A stretch of 64,000 nt of DNA, taken from NCBI GenBank assembly GCA_907165135.1, contig OU015567.1:434001-498000 (forward strand), given 5' to 3'. Origin of the DNA: Oikopleura dioica. Its lineage: Eukaryota; Animalia; Chordata. Made by a program: the position numbers and the translations under genes. Positions 36,701-48,881 of the stretch are shown here, piece after piece. The stretch's first letter is position 1, and every line of letters starts with the position of its first letter. The notes below the pieces were generated by a model, which saw nothing but the letters and a program-made list of their open reading frames with translations, searched no databases and was not told the DNA's origin.

Positions 36701-39700
36701 CGGTGCATATTCGACGGATTCATATTCGACCGGTGATGGAATGGTGCTCCCTTCTCAATGGAAAAGTTTCGAGAACCAGCACTTTGATTATCAAAATAGG
36801 TAATTGTTCTAGATTTGTTTTTTCTTATATTTAACTTTCATAAACGATTTTATTTGAGAGATAAGAAGACTAAAACGCAAATTTTCAGATTGTTGATGCT
36901 TCCGAGAAAACGGACGAAGCATAGCCCGCCTTCAGAGCTTGAAGCGGCTCTTTATGGTCGCCAAGATGGTGATTGGAGATCTGTTACATCAAGATCGATA
37001 GAGAAAGCCCGCGTCGATTTTACAGAAGCTTGCCTTTTTGATGAGTTATACCACAATGACGTTAAGACTGGATATGCAAGGTGCAAAAATGCGGATTGCC
37101 GATCTCGCTGTAACCGACCGGTAAAATATACTTTGAAAATTGAAATTTAATTCCAGATGGAAAAGACAGCGTAAAAGGATGGACCGAAAGAGCTAAAGGA
37201 TGGGCTATTCTGATGAGCAAAAAACTGGAATGTGCAGAAAAGACTCCGAAAAATCTTGAAAAATCTTCTCAAGATTTGAGTGATTTTAAAAAAGCTCTTG
37301 CCTTGCGGGACAGTCAAGAGAGCACGAATTCCACTGTCGTTTCATCTGATATCATGGAAGAAATGCGACGATTTCCTCCCTCGCTTCCCGAATACGAAAA
37401 ATGTAAGCCTAGTTGAAATGAAAAACTTTATTCGATTTTTAGTCGAAAAGGTGATGAAGCAAGACAAGGTTCCGGAAAATCAATGGAGGTATCATTTTTG
37501 GGTGATGAACAATTTGAAGTTTCCCATGCTCGCGAAACTTGGACGATTGGTGAGGTTGTTTCTTTGAGCGTTAAAGAATAATATCTAGCTTTTTCGTGGA
37601 TCGGTTTGTTCAAGCAGCTGCCAAGAGCGTGTCTTTGCCCGTTGCTCAAAATTTTATTCTTCGGACAGGGAGTCACTGAAAACAAAAACGGTTGAAACAT
37701 TTCTTCAATTTGGTTATGGCGAAGAGATGGAAAAAGTCCTCAAGAGTTTAAAAAAATAAAGAATTTCATCATTATTTTTCTATTAATAAAACTATATTTA
37801 TGTAAAAATATTCATTTTTTCTTTACCTTGGATAGGACAAAAAAAATCCCACCAAATACCCACCAAATCCCCAAAAAACCCACCAAAAACCCACCAGAGA
37901 CCCCTTAAAACCCCTCAAAAACCAACCAAATGAAAAACCCACCAAAAACCAACCAAAATGGGAAACCCCTCCCCTCCTCGAAATATTGTGGTGGGTTCCC
38001 GACCCCAGGGACGTTAGACAACATATTTGCCACCTTCGCCGATCGAAGATGGACAGCTTTTCCTCTGCCCGTAGAGGATTTTATCTTCTCCAGGACACTC
38101 TGTCTCGCCATTTCATTCATCTCCGGTATTCCCTCCGCCATGATTTCCGCCAGTTCCTGCGCGGATTTAGAACTGTAAGGATCAGTATCTTGCCCGGATC
38201 GTTTTGCCAAGACAGAATTGCATGCTTTGGAGAATCCGTCGAGTTTTCTTGCGTCGAAGGAAATGAAGATCTTTTCATCGATCGTTTTAAGCGTCTCCTC
38301 GATTTTCGAAAAGTAGGTTTTTGCTTCGTTAAATTTCAATTGCAGCATCGAAATCTCGGCTAGTTCGTAAGAGATCTGCGCCTGAAGCTCGCCAAGTGGA
38401 ATTTTCAACCCTTTAGCTTGCTCTTCTCCTTCCCAGAGGTCGCCAATCAGCTGTTCTTCGGAAGGCAAATGAATCGCGCACCGGATTTCGCTCTGCATTT
38501 TCTTCAGCTTGTCAATGTTCGCTTGGAGCGTTTCTTTCTTTCCCATTTTGTCGTAAATTTCGTTCTGCGCGCTCCAGTCTGGCGGAAGCGACCCGGCAAA
38601 TCGTTGATATCCGCTAGAACCTGTCGGGACCACCGGCCCTGGTGGTTTACGAACGAAGTGACGCTTCAAGCCAACCTGCACTTCCCATCGCAATTTGAAA
38701 AGATTTGCGAATAAGTGATGGTCTGGATGGGCTTTGAAGTCATGCAAATTAAAAACGAATTATCGCTCAGATTCTCCTATCTCCCTAAACTGCTCAACTC
38801 TACGGTAGAAGTGACCCATACATTTAGTTCGATTGGAATTGACGCAAAACCAGCAGTTGCTCTTTTCACTTCCCCTCCTGAGTTTGATCGATCAAAAACT
38901 AAGCGTCAAAAGAATCTTCCGACTCAAAAGATTGCGCGAATAGAAAATCATCATAAAAACACTGTTTTTTAGGTTTACTCCCACTTTTTCAGACGCCCTT
39001 TATTCGCCTCAGGGCACGAGCTACCCCCTTATGATCAATAGTAAAAATGATCCTCGTCATCTAGGGATTCTAAAACAATATTATATAAGGATGTTCCTTA
39101 GCCAGAGTCGTGGAAAATTTTTACAGTTTTACACATAAAATAGGCCATTTTGGGCATAACCTCTTTTCGAACGAGTCATTCGAGTTCATGTGACCTCACC
39201 AAGGTCACGAGACCCAGACGAGGACACGCAGCAGAGTCTGGGCTTTCAGAAAATATATAGAAGTATGGGGGTTACAACTAAGGATTTTGAATGCGGTTGG
39301 GACAAAGTGGGAGTAAACCTAAAAAAAAACAGTGTTAAAGCCTTTTGGAAGCTTCGGAAGCCCTGTTCCTGAAAGAAGAGCGTTCGCATCTTCCTCAATT
39401 CCTTTCGAATATAAATTTGCATAAGTTCTTTTCAGAGTTCGAACAAATAGATTTCGGGCAGTCCCTTTATTCTTAAAAGTCTTAATTATCGAGATTAAAT
39501 TAGCCGGTTTTTATCCGAATTTTCAAATTGATCTAATTTACTATCGAGAAGCACCTGAGTCCAGAATCCTCAAAAGCCGGCAAATCATGATGGTAATTTC
39601 TTTCTGACTTTGAGACTAACTAAAAGCTCAAAATTTATCAGATCAACGCTCGACAACCGGCAAAAAAAGCCGGTCGATAAGTGCTTTATGATAGCCGGTT

Positions 39701-40359
39701 ATACACCCCTGTATTATCTCAAGCTGAACTAATCCTGACTCTCTTATTCATAAAAACTATCGTAATGATTATAATTTCATTCAGGCTCTTTCAAGAGCTT
39801 TTGATCAGTCTTTCGTAAAAAAATTGAGTGATTAAATCAATCAAGCTTATGTGTTCTTCAACTTTATCAACCAAGAAAAATTCCGGTTGATGATGATCTG
39901 TATGAATTCACGGGCAATTGAGCGGCTTATGATAATCATGTTTTTCCTCGTCACGAGAATTCGATGGACTTTGTCAATGAGACGCTTCTCAAGATGGTGT
40001 TTTTGATCGTCAATCAAATTTCGAACCCTGTCCCTGAAGAAGTGCGCTTGATCCTTCAGCGGTACATTTTTATGAAGCCAGTCAAAGCTCCACTTCTGTC
40101 TCGCCCAGATTCTCAAGATCAAGAAAACGGCTCTTCTTCTGATCATTTCCAAATCTTCTTGGTCTTCCTTTTCTAATTCTTGCTCGGGTCGTGCAAGCTG
40201 CTCGCAAAGGCGGAGAAAGAGGGATTTTGGAGTCACTGTCTTCAGTTTCTCGTCTAACGTGACATCTGCGACGGACAAAGAAAGCCATGTCGAGGCCAGG
40301 AGCGCGCTCGAACGCGATGTTGTCAGCGCGACGGGCTGATGAGCCGACCCGCTCGACAT
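33800..40359 (-). CDS. INTS8: Integrator complex subunit 8; interrupted by a TIR element at 36531-38008 and an apparent +1 frameshift at 33982-33986; 3' end approximate
   Basis: Segments resembling vertebrate INTS8 as recalled: STWLSLSVADVTLDEKLK, KWSFDWLHKNVPL, GLKIPLGELQAQISYELA, FDARKLDGFSKACNSVL, VWSIDLLEF...YHRKGLTKKR...TKLNP. Confidence 0.8.
36531..38008 (+). mobile_element. Internally deleted hAT transposon (1478 bp) inside an INTS8 coding exon
   Basis: Perfect 20-bp TIR CTGGGGTCGGGAACCCACCA. Exact 8-bp TSD GGACGTTA at 36523-36530 and 38009-38016. CCCACCAAA subterminal repeats and transposase relics inside. Confidence 0.93.
36896..37759 (+). pseudogene. hAT transposase relic: BED-finger-like N-terminus and C-terminal dimerisation domain, no catalytic core
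   Basis: TGYARCKNADC, FWVMNNLKFPMLAKLGRL and SSSCQERVFARCSKFYSSDRESLKTKTVETFL, which match the hAT dimerisation consensus. Confidence 0.8.
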
Positions 40360-40856
40360 TTGTCTATAATTGAAATAGTCATACTCTTTGAATAAAGCAA
40401 AGCCTGCGCAAGTTAACCTATTCAAATCGATATTAAATCCCGAATAGCTACTCGGCTTTTCATCGAAGGACCTGACACAGGCTTTCTACTCAGGATGCCG
40501 AGGCCAGCCGACTACGACACGGAAAACCTGGGCCTATTTTGAGGTACTCTACTGTTCTTTTTGTTTGGGATCGGTTACAGAGATTTTGCTGTTGGATTAT
40601 TCAATTTATGTAATTCTATAATTCTACCATGATTCTCATTTCTGACTGATGATAATCGCGGTATAATGAATAAAATAAGAAATCAAGAATGAAGCTTTAT
40701 GAAATTGTCTTTTCGATGATTTCATGTTGGCGTTTTTGGTGTCTGAATAGTTTATTGGACGAGGCAGACACAGGGTGGTAATAGAATATATTGTTCTAAC
40801 ATTGGCGAGCTTGCAGTAGGGGGATTATCTCTCTTCTTATGGGTGCTTTAAACTCT

Positions 40857-41603
40857 TTATTCTTTGTTGGCGGCTTCTTCGGCCTTGCTGGCGTCCTCGA
40901 AGTTGCCTAAACAGCGGTCAAATTGAAGTAAGGGGTAGTTTCGTACCTTCAAGTTCGGGAACCTCATCGTCAGCCTTGGGTGCTTCAGCTCCAAGAGCGG
41001 CTTTCTTGAGAGCGGCGAAGCCTTCGGGGCCCATTTGGGAGACAATCTGCGGGAGCATCTCGGAGATCTGCTTCACCTGCGAGGAGCCAGAGATGGCGAA
41101 GGTGTTCGCGTTGGGGCTAGCTTGGACCTAAACGTAGTTTTCAGGAAAGAGTGGAAAATGGAGAGCGAGAGAAGCGGGGAAAATTAAAGGGCAGGGAAGT
41201 GTCTGCTCTCATAAAATACACCGATGCGTTAAAACTTCTTGAAAAGCGACGCTTCAAGGAATCATTCGGCGTCATCAACGGATGCCTGATCAGAGTCTCT
41301 GATTCAGTGATCGACGTCTCGCCATTGACATTTACCTTGGGATTGCTGAAGTGGAGGATGGTGCCGTCGTCCTTGAACATGTTAACTTCTTCGATTCCGG
41401 GGATCGGGTTGACTGAAAGCTTCTTCAACTGGCTCTGTAATTTCTTGTCGTCAGCGGAGGCGGCCTTGTGCACGATCTTCTTCTTTCTTCGCATAGTTCC
41501 TTTGCCTCCGATTTGAGCAGCGGCCTGAAAAGATTCTCACGCATTTTATTCTTTTACGCAAGGATCAAACCTGCATCTTGGCGAGTTTCTCCATGTTGAC
41601 CAT
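40857..41603 (-). CDS. BTF3: Nascent polypeptide-associated complex beta (BTF3), 4 exons
   Basis: [11 protein letters not shown]|[54 protein letters not shown]...|[14 protein letters not shown]...DDEVPELE|GNFEDASK. Confidence 0.95.
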
Positions 41604-41695
41604 GATGATTGATAAATTACAAAGAAGCTACAAGTCTAAAAGAAAAGATCTCGTTAGCCCTTGATGAATAGGTTTTGCTGAACATGTTGTTTTTG

Positions 41696-41725
41696 AAGTG
41701 GAAATATCACGTGACACTTCCACTT
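41696..41725. promoter_or_regulatory. E-box palindrome flanked by inverted GGAA motifs, upstream of BTF3
   Basis: AAGTGGAA-ATA-TCACGTGA-CAC-TTCCACTT, about 100 nt 5' of the BTF3 ATG, in the UBE4A-BTF3 spacer. Confidence 0.4.
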
Positions 41726-41826
41726 GTGAGTGAAGCATTTTGGTACTTTAGATAGAAATGATTGCACTTAGTGGTAGGAGAAGAAAATTTGAAAATTGAA
41801 CAAAGAAAGAGATCAGAAAATTATCG

Positions 41827-44800
41827 TCAATCCATTGGAGCGTGTTCCAACTCTTCCGACTTCGTCACTGATCTGAGTGGAGTTGTATTCTCAATTTTCA
41901 ATTCTTATCAATGACGAGTTTACCTTTCTGATAGCGACTTCGAATACTTTTCTCGCTGCTCTCTCTTCCACTTTTTTATCTGTTCCTTCAGGTCTGGCCG
42001 CGGAATCACTAAAAAAGATATCTAGAAAACGCAAAATATGCGAAATTCTGGGCTGGTATCACCTCATGCGGTGCTAATCCTGATAAGTTATCCATGTGTA
42101 TTTTCAATCGACCTTGACTCTTTCAAAAAGGGATGAAGAAATATCTTGAGTTTTGACTCAGATGATCAAATCAGAAAGAAGCCTCAACCATAGTCATTCC
42201 CAAACTTCATTCAATGAAGGCTTACCTTCTTCGAGTGTCAAAGGCTGTCGGTTGAAAGGATCAATCGGCGTCACGAGCAACTGTCTGGCGATTGTATTTC
42301 GACAAAGAATTGCGCCGGACTTGGGCAACTCGACGGGGTCCTCCATGAGCGAGCCCATGATTGGATCACAGAACTCGTCTGGCGGCTCCTCCTCGAAGTC
42401 GATTTCCTCCTCGATGTAGTCTTGCAGGATGAGAATTAACTCTTTGAATTTTGCCCCAACTGTTTGTGCGCTCTAATTAAAATCATGTTAATCTTGTGAA
42501 CACAACTGCCAGACGTACTGGTAAACTACTGTTGAGGAGAATTTTTGCGCCTTCTTCAATCATTCCCATCGAAAAAGCTCGTTCATCCGCGCAAACTGCC
42601 TTGTTCCAGTTTTCAAAATCCGCCATGTTGACGTACAAAAGCGCTAGACTCTTGACCATATCAATCGGTCGGAAATTGATCTTCTTCGGATCCTTCACCT
42701 TGAGCATTTTTCGTTTCTTTCCGACGAGCATGTTCATGAAGAAATTCGCCATTTCAGCGATTCGCGAGACGAGAGTCGGATCGGCAAAGAGCGGCTGGCA
42801 ACCCTCGGAAAGGAGGCCAAAGAGATTCAGCGTCTCTTGGGATAAACCGACGTAACTGTAAGCTTGTCGGTAGAGCTTTTCTAGTCGATCCTTGTCTTCA
42901 TCTGTTCGGTCTTCTTTTAGCTCCAATGTTCTAGGAAGTTTTAAGATATTGGTTTGACCATGATCTGTACCTGATTTCTTGAAATGTTTCCATGCTTTTG
43001 CCCATCATCGAATTCGTATCATCGATCAGCAAACTTATGAATCTCAAAAACAGCGGCTGCTTGCTCATATCATCCAGCGCCTCTTCCGACAGCTTCACAA
43101 TTTCCTTCCTGTACTCTTCCATTTTCCAAAGCCCATCCAAAACAGTATAAAACGGCATTCGGAAAGTAAACTTCGAATCAAAGCCTTCATCGTCGGTGAC
43201 AAGTTCACAGTCGCAGAAAACGCCAATGACGGCTTTGGCGAGTCCGTATTTGTCTTCGAAGTTCTTGATCGCCGAGTGTCGCAGCTGGCCGACCATGGTT
43301 AGGACGGATCCGGCATGGGAGCCGTCTCCTTCGCGCCGCCGGTCAAAAGGAGTGCAGATGGTTAAAAGAGGGCCGAGGTCTTTTCGTAGATGCGGGTTGA
43401 AGGCATAGGTGGGTCCTTTCATGTACAAAACGATATAAGTATAGGCAGTGTGCAAGAAATCCTCGTCCACGGCGTCGGCGAGAAAGTCCTTTTCGAAACG
43501 GCTCAATTGTCCCATCACATCGTTGATATTTTCAAGAACGAATTCGGGAATGCTCATCAGGCTCTCCGGCGTTTCGTTAGCCACGTTGATAAGGAATTTC
43601 ATCGTCAAGCGGAAGAATGAGAAGCAGGCAAATTTGAAGTTGCTTTCCATCAGAATCGCGTTAAGCGTGTAAATCTTATTGTTTAAGTAGTGTAACTGTA
43701 ACTTGGCCATTTGCGCTTCTCGATTGTTTCCGTCGCGCTCAGCCTCAATCAGGCGGTTTTGGAGCTGCCGCATCATGTGCTGCATTTGGTAGTTGAACTG
43801 GGAGATGACGGGATGAAGGCTTTGCCGCATGGACAAATGGAGCAGCCAAAAAAGTGTTCCGTAGCTGGCAGCTTTTTCATCAAAGATGCTCTCGTCCAAG
43901 TTCGGTGCTTGATTTGACAGCTCGCGTGATTCAACAGGCTGAAGAGTGCTCTGACGCGTAAAAAGATCGAATCGCAGTCGATCCGCGAAACACCAGTCCG
44001 ACTGAATATTTAGTTCGGAAAGTGGCTTCTTGATGAATCCCTTCACAGCTTGGAGAAGCAGTGACGTGATCGACAAACTCTGGGCGAACTTGATCGACAG
44101 TTTGCCCATGGGATCACGAATCGTTGAAGCCGTGTTGCCTTCTTCCTTGTTGTCGTTGAGGATGTTGAAGAGGATTTTCAACAAGCCCGATCTGCTCAAA
44201 TCGTCTTGAAGAGCCACCTTCATCATTCGGTGCAAATTCTGAGTGTACAAGCTCATCGTGTGGCGGATAATTCCAATTTCTTCCTCCAACCCGTTGCGGG
44301 TCTTGTAACTCTTGTCAAAGTCCTTGAAGAAGGGGTAGAGATTAGGGTTGACTTGAAATGCGTCTGGGAAGGGATTCTTCGAGAAGATGTGGCGAAAAGG
44401 GCAAAGCTTCGACTCGGCGAGGGAGAACTGGACTAGGCAACGCATCGAGTAGACGGACTACCAACTGACTGGTCAAAAATCATTGTTGGAAAAGGGTTTT
44501 TATGGGGCATTCCATCGAATAAGAGGGACGTGAAATCGAAGATAGATTTTTGACCATTCCGAAAAGATCTCCGACGCTTTGAACAAAACCATGGAAGTGT
44601 CGGTCAAGCTCGTTTGGGAAATGGAAACGGAGAAGCTCGAGCAAATGAATCTCAGCCCAATGGCTGGTCCATAAGCCGCGGCTGCGTTGATTGCCCAGCA
44701 AGCTGCCTCGTTGGAGACACCTGAATCGACAGGGGTGGAGCTTGTCGCGGCGTTGTAAATGGCGACGGCTAGCATTCGACGAGTAGACATGCGTTTCCCA

Positions 44801-45355
44801 AGTGCGGAGCCAAAAGCCCTCTCGGCGGCGAATTTGATAGGCGACGAGGTCTAGAGCTAACATGTGAATCGACTGGGGAAGCCGTTTCTTAGGATGTTTA
44901 CGAGATAGATGCGCCTAACATAGAAACATCTTGTTTCCATTACATGAAGAATGATCGCAAATGTAATGCTGACGATGTTTCTATGACGCGTCATCCTTAC
45001 CGAATAAATAACGGCAACCATCTTTAGCATCCAGCTGTCTCCCGATCTAGGTGTTCCACTCCCACCGAGGAGGTAATCTCCCGGACCTTCCAAATCAGCG
45101 CGTTGTAAAATAGCTTCCTCCAGATTCAAAGCGCTGAAGAACGTCTCCTCGCCAACCATGTTTGGGAGCAGCACTGCCGGAAGAATTTCTTCTTCCATAT
45201 TCAGCGTAATCTTGAAGAGCCTGTGACGAGTTAGACAACTGTGAAGTAAACGGAAATTCTGATCGATGATGTAACCCGGACCTGACAACGTCATCGTGGA
45301 AGATCTTGGGGTCCGCTTTCGGCTTCTTGAACAGAGCGAACGGATTTTCCGTCAT
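41827..45355 (-). CDS. UBE4A: U-box ubiquitin conjugation factor E4A
   Basis: [16 protein letters not shown]...[36 protein letters not shown] (E4A-type), and the U-box [21 protein letters not shown]...[12 protein letters not shown]|[14 protein letters not shown]. Confidence 0.9.
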
Positions 45356-45451
45356 TCTAAATTGCGGAAAAGATTATACAACTGGATGAAATTGAATGAG
45401 TGAGAAAGTATGGTAAAGGCTAATGAAGAGGGGAGTGGAAGAAGAAGAGAA

Positions 45452-46455
45452 TCAGGACATGAAGGATTTGTCATCTTTTGCGTGGAGGAGATAGTTGACG
45501 TCCAGCGAGTTAGACCATTGCCACTCGTTTGTAAATGGATTCCATCTCATTCCTTGATCATTTTTTATACAATTTTATCGATTGAGAGTTACCTTTTATA
45601 TCCTCCACTCTGAATTTAACCTCCCTCAGATCCATGATCAGCTCTTCCACCGTCACAAATTTATCCCAATCATGAGTTCCTCGGGGCAAGAGTCCAGCAA
45701 ATCGTTCTGCCAGTTCTATCGCTAGAATTCGCGACTGTATCGTTCTGTTGATCGTCGTTAACACCAAGTCGCCGTCTTTTTTCACCAAATTTGAGCAGTA
45801 AGCGACGAAGGCCCACGGTTCTTCGACGTGTTCAAGAACTTCTGAGCTTCTGAAAAAACGTAAAATCAATTCAAATCGAGTCTATTTACATTACCAGGTC
45901 GAATCTGGATTCAATTTCTTGTAAATCTTCGACGAGAACATCCAAATAAGTCAAGTTTTCAATCCCTTTTCGCTTCCTTCTTTCTTCGGCGACAGAAATG
46001 AGCTCTTCGCTAGCGTCAATTGCCGTCACTTCTGCTCCTAATTGAGCAAGACCTTCTGCTAGAATTCCACCGCCGCAGCCGACGTCGAGGATCTTTTTTC
46101 CGAAAAGTGGGAGCCCGGGAGGAGGGTTTGAGACGGTTTTGCGCAGAAGATCGCGGACGTAGCCGACTCGCAGCTTGTTCAGACTGTGAAGGGGCGAGTT
46201 TTGGCCATTCTAGAGGCGAAATTTAGAGATTCGTATTCTATGACCTTTTCGTCGAAACTGTTACAGGACCCTGACTCAGGTTGAAGAACCCAGATTATTT
46301 TATGAAATACTGACCTGATCCCACCAGTCTCGATTCATAGCGCCAAATTTCGCAACTTCGGAATCATTTAGCGTCCCAATTGACCTTGAACTTCTTGTGA
46401 TCTGACCTCGAGCGACCTCTAGTGACCTGAGAAGTGACCTCGGCCGACGGAACAT
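45452..46455 (-). CDS. COQ3: Ubiquinone biosynthesis O-methyltransferase, 4 exons
   Basis: Arg-rich mitochondrial presequence, EVAKFGAMNRDWWD, PLHSLNKLRV, ILDVGCGGGILAEGLA, SEVLEHV, TTINRT, GTHDWDKF, GMRWNPFTNEW. Confidence 0.95.
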
Positions 46456-46790
46456 TTGCTTTTCTCGACTCAATAAAATAAGAATTGAAATAGGAAAAAA
46501 TGGCTCGTTCGAGAAATGGACGCGTGAGAATTGACCAATCAAGGGACGCGGTAGCGTGACTTGGCCAATTTCATTTGGAGACTTTTAGACGTGGCCTTTA
46601 GTCGCTAAAAGGACTGATATTTGGATTTTGATGTCTAAAATATCAACTTCAACCAGAAGTGACTAAATTTAGCAATGATAATATCGATTTCAAAAATTTT
46701 GATTTCAGGAGAAATCTGAGGGATCCAGTATCTCGTTTAGCACTGTAACATTGACTGTACGAGCTACGGTATTCAAAAATGGGGTCTGGT

Positions 46791-47030
46791 ATTTCCTTTA
46801 TTGGCAATTCACTGGTGTAGGTTTCTTTCTATCTGCGTCAATGAAATCATCGAAGATGATTCTATTCAAAAGAAAGAAATGTTAATTTTATCAAAATTTT
46901 TACATTTCTTTGATGACTAAAGTGATGTTAGAGCAATGTGCGCTTCGTTTTTTTATGCTTTGCACCCTGGAATAATTTCATTGACGCAGATTGAAAGAAA
47001 TCATTCTCACCGAATTGCCAAAAGGGAATA
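46791..47030. mobile_element. Small foldback/MITE-like element
   Basis: Arms TTGGCAATTC...TTTCTTTCTATCTGCGTCAATGAAAT (46791-46847) and their imperfect reverse complement (46975-47030). Confidence 0.65.
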
Positions 47031-47099
47031 ACAGGGCCTTTTGGTTTTTCGTTTACCGAAAGGAGTGATTTCCTTGTTACTCGATTTCCATTCTCGTTT

Positions 47100-47649
47100 C
47101 GACATATGCGGTCAATCTTCGGGGTAGGGATCCCGAAGAATAGACGATTAGGGACAATCAGATTTGATAATTATCTACTTTGAAAATAGTTTACTTAAGT
47201 TAACTGTTAAAAACTTTCAATAAGAGAGTTGTTAATTGGCTTTCAATCTTTAGGACGAATTCTTATTCGGAAATCCCTCAATTTTGGTCGGAAATATCGG
47301 TCACTTATATAAAATACAATGTATTATTCATTAAATTATTATTCATTCATAAATTTATTGAAATTAATAACATCGGATTTCTATTTGTTTGATAGTTTTT
47401 CATAGCAGAAAAATCTATTGAAAAATTAAATATGCTGATCTTTTATAATATTCATCTTCAAAGTATTTTTTGACCCCGAAGATTCACCACAAAGTTGATC
47501 GGTTATTCTTCGTCTCCGGATTTTCGAGACCCCGAAGATTGGCCGCATTTTTTATCGGTAGCTCTTCGGGATTTTACCCCGAAGATTGAGCGTATTTAAA
47601 ATCGTCTATTCTTCGGGATCCCTACCCCGAAGATTGACCACGTATGACC
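47100..47649. mobile_element. Non-autonomous TIR element (about 550 bp)
   Basis: About 40-bp inverted repeat GGTCAATCTTCGGGGTAGGGATCCCGAAGAATAGACGATT. CCCCGAAGATT subrepeats. Flanking direct repeat TCTCGTTT at 47092-47099 and 47650-47657. Confidence 0.8.
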
Positions 47650-47842
47650 TCTCGTTTTCATCTTGATGATCTCACCAAATATATCAGCACACAGAATCAA
47701 AGAGGCTTTTCTTGGCTAGACACTGTCTACTAGACAGTCTTATTGGGGGATGTTTAATGACTTCAAATTGACAAATATTGCAGTAATAAATATAACGACT
47801 CGTAACTTACGAGGGAGTATATTTGACCAGAAAAAATTCAAA

Positions 47843-48316
47843 TTATGCATTTGGATTGGCAGGAGCTTTCCAGAAGGTCTTCGCTTCAGCAACACACATG
47901 ATATGATGCTCGGGAAAATCCATGTTTTCTAGAGGAACGATCGCAGTCGAACCGGTAAGCAAGCACCAGTCTCGACGCTTTGCCTCGATCCACTTCACAT
48001 TCTTTATTCCTAGAAAAATTTTAGGTTTTACATCATTATCAACAAGCTTACCGTTGAGAATAACCTGGACATCATCGGATCCCATGTGCTTCGTAGCAAC
48101 TCCATTCTTAAACGCCCAGGGGGTATCCTTAGCAACTTGCTTGGTGAGCTCGAACTCAAAATCAGCGTGAGTATACTTCGCAGCGTCGCGGAAGTAAACG
48201 TCGCCAAGTCGGTAGACGTCTGTGCTGTCGACAAGATCGATCTGAATCTCGCCGCTTCGGAGCTTTTTCACAAAGTCCATTCCACAAACATTCTTGGTCC
48301 AGAAGGCGTCGCCCCC
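47843..48316 (-). CDS. 3' part of an uncharacterised gene (possibly a divergent C-type-lectin-like domain); the 5' end abuts a repeat
   Basis: GDAFWTKNVCGMDFVKK...VILNG, then an in-frame 42-nt GT-AG intron, then IKNVKWIEAKRRDWC...HHIMCVAEAK...*. No start found. Confidence 0.5.
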   Translation of the reverse strand, partial: GGDAFWTKNVCGMDFVKKLRSGEIQIDLVDSTDVYRLGDVYFRDAAKYTHADFEFELTKQVAKDTPWAFKNGVATKHMGSDDVQVILNGKLVDNDVKPKIFLGIKNVKWIEAKRRDWCLLTGSTAIVPLENMDFPEHHIMCVAEAKTFWKAPANPNA

Positions 48317-48881
48317 GTAGCCCCCTAAAGCCTTATCCAGGCAGCTAGGCCCTCCGACCCCCCCCCCCTTAGGCCTTATCCCCCAGTAGGTATACTATCC
48401 CTAACTAAGAAAAGGCTTGGTATCATACAGTATGATTCATACTAATTCTACTGGTAGTTAAAATACAGAAGAATTGGTCCTGTACCATTCCGTATAAAAA
48501 TAAATCTACAAAAATATATCTTCCTTCATTTTTAGCGGATAATAATTTTCGAAGCCTTGAGAACTTGCAGCTCAGACAGCGATTTTCTGCTCATACTGTC
48601 AGATTAGTCTGAAAAAGAATAGCGAGAAAGTGTAATTGGCAATTGCATCTTTTTTAAATTGTATTTTTGACAGAAAACCATTTGCGTATTGTAGTTGCTG
48701 CTTTCTCCTTTTTGGACAAAGAATTTGCCCTTTTTATATTAAAAAACGCGATCAATCAGAAAAAGGCGCCGCCTTTTCAGCTCTCAGCTCGACCACTTCT
48801 TTTCTTCCAAAAAACGTCTGTCAGTGCATTATTGAGAATATTCAACCAAAGAAAAATATCTTCTTTTTTTTTCGAAATAAA

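Noticed and set aside
37905-38008. INTS8 ORF tail VPGVGNPPQYFEEGRGFPFW...
   Set aside because: Read-through into the transposon terminus, not INTS8 sequence.
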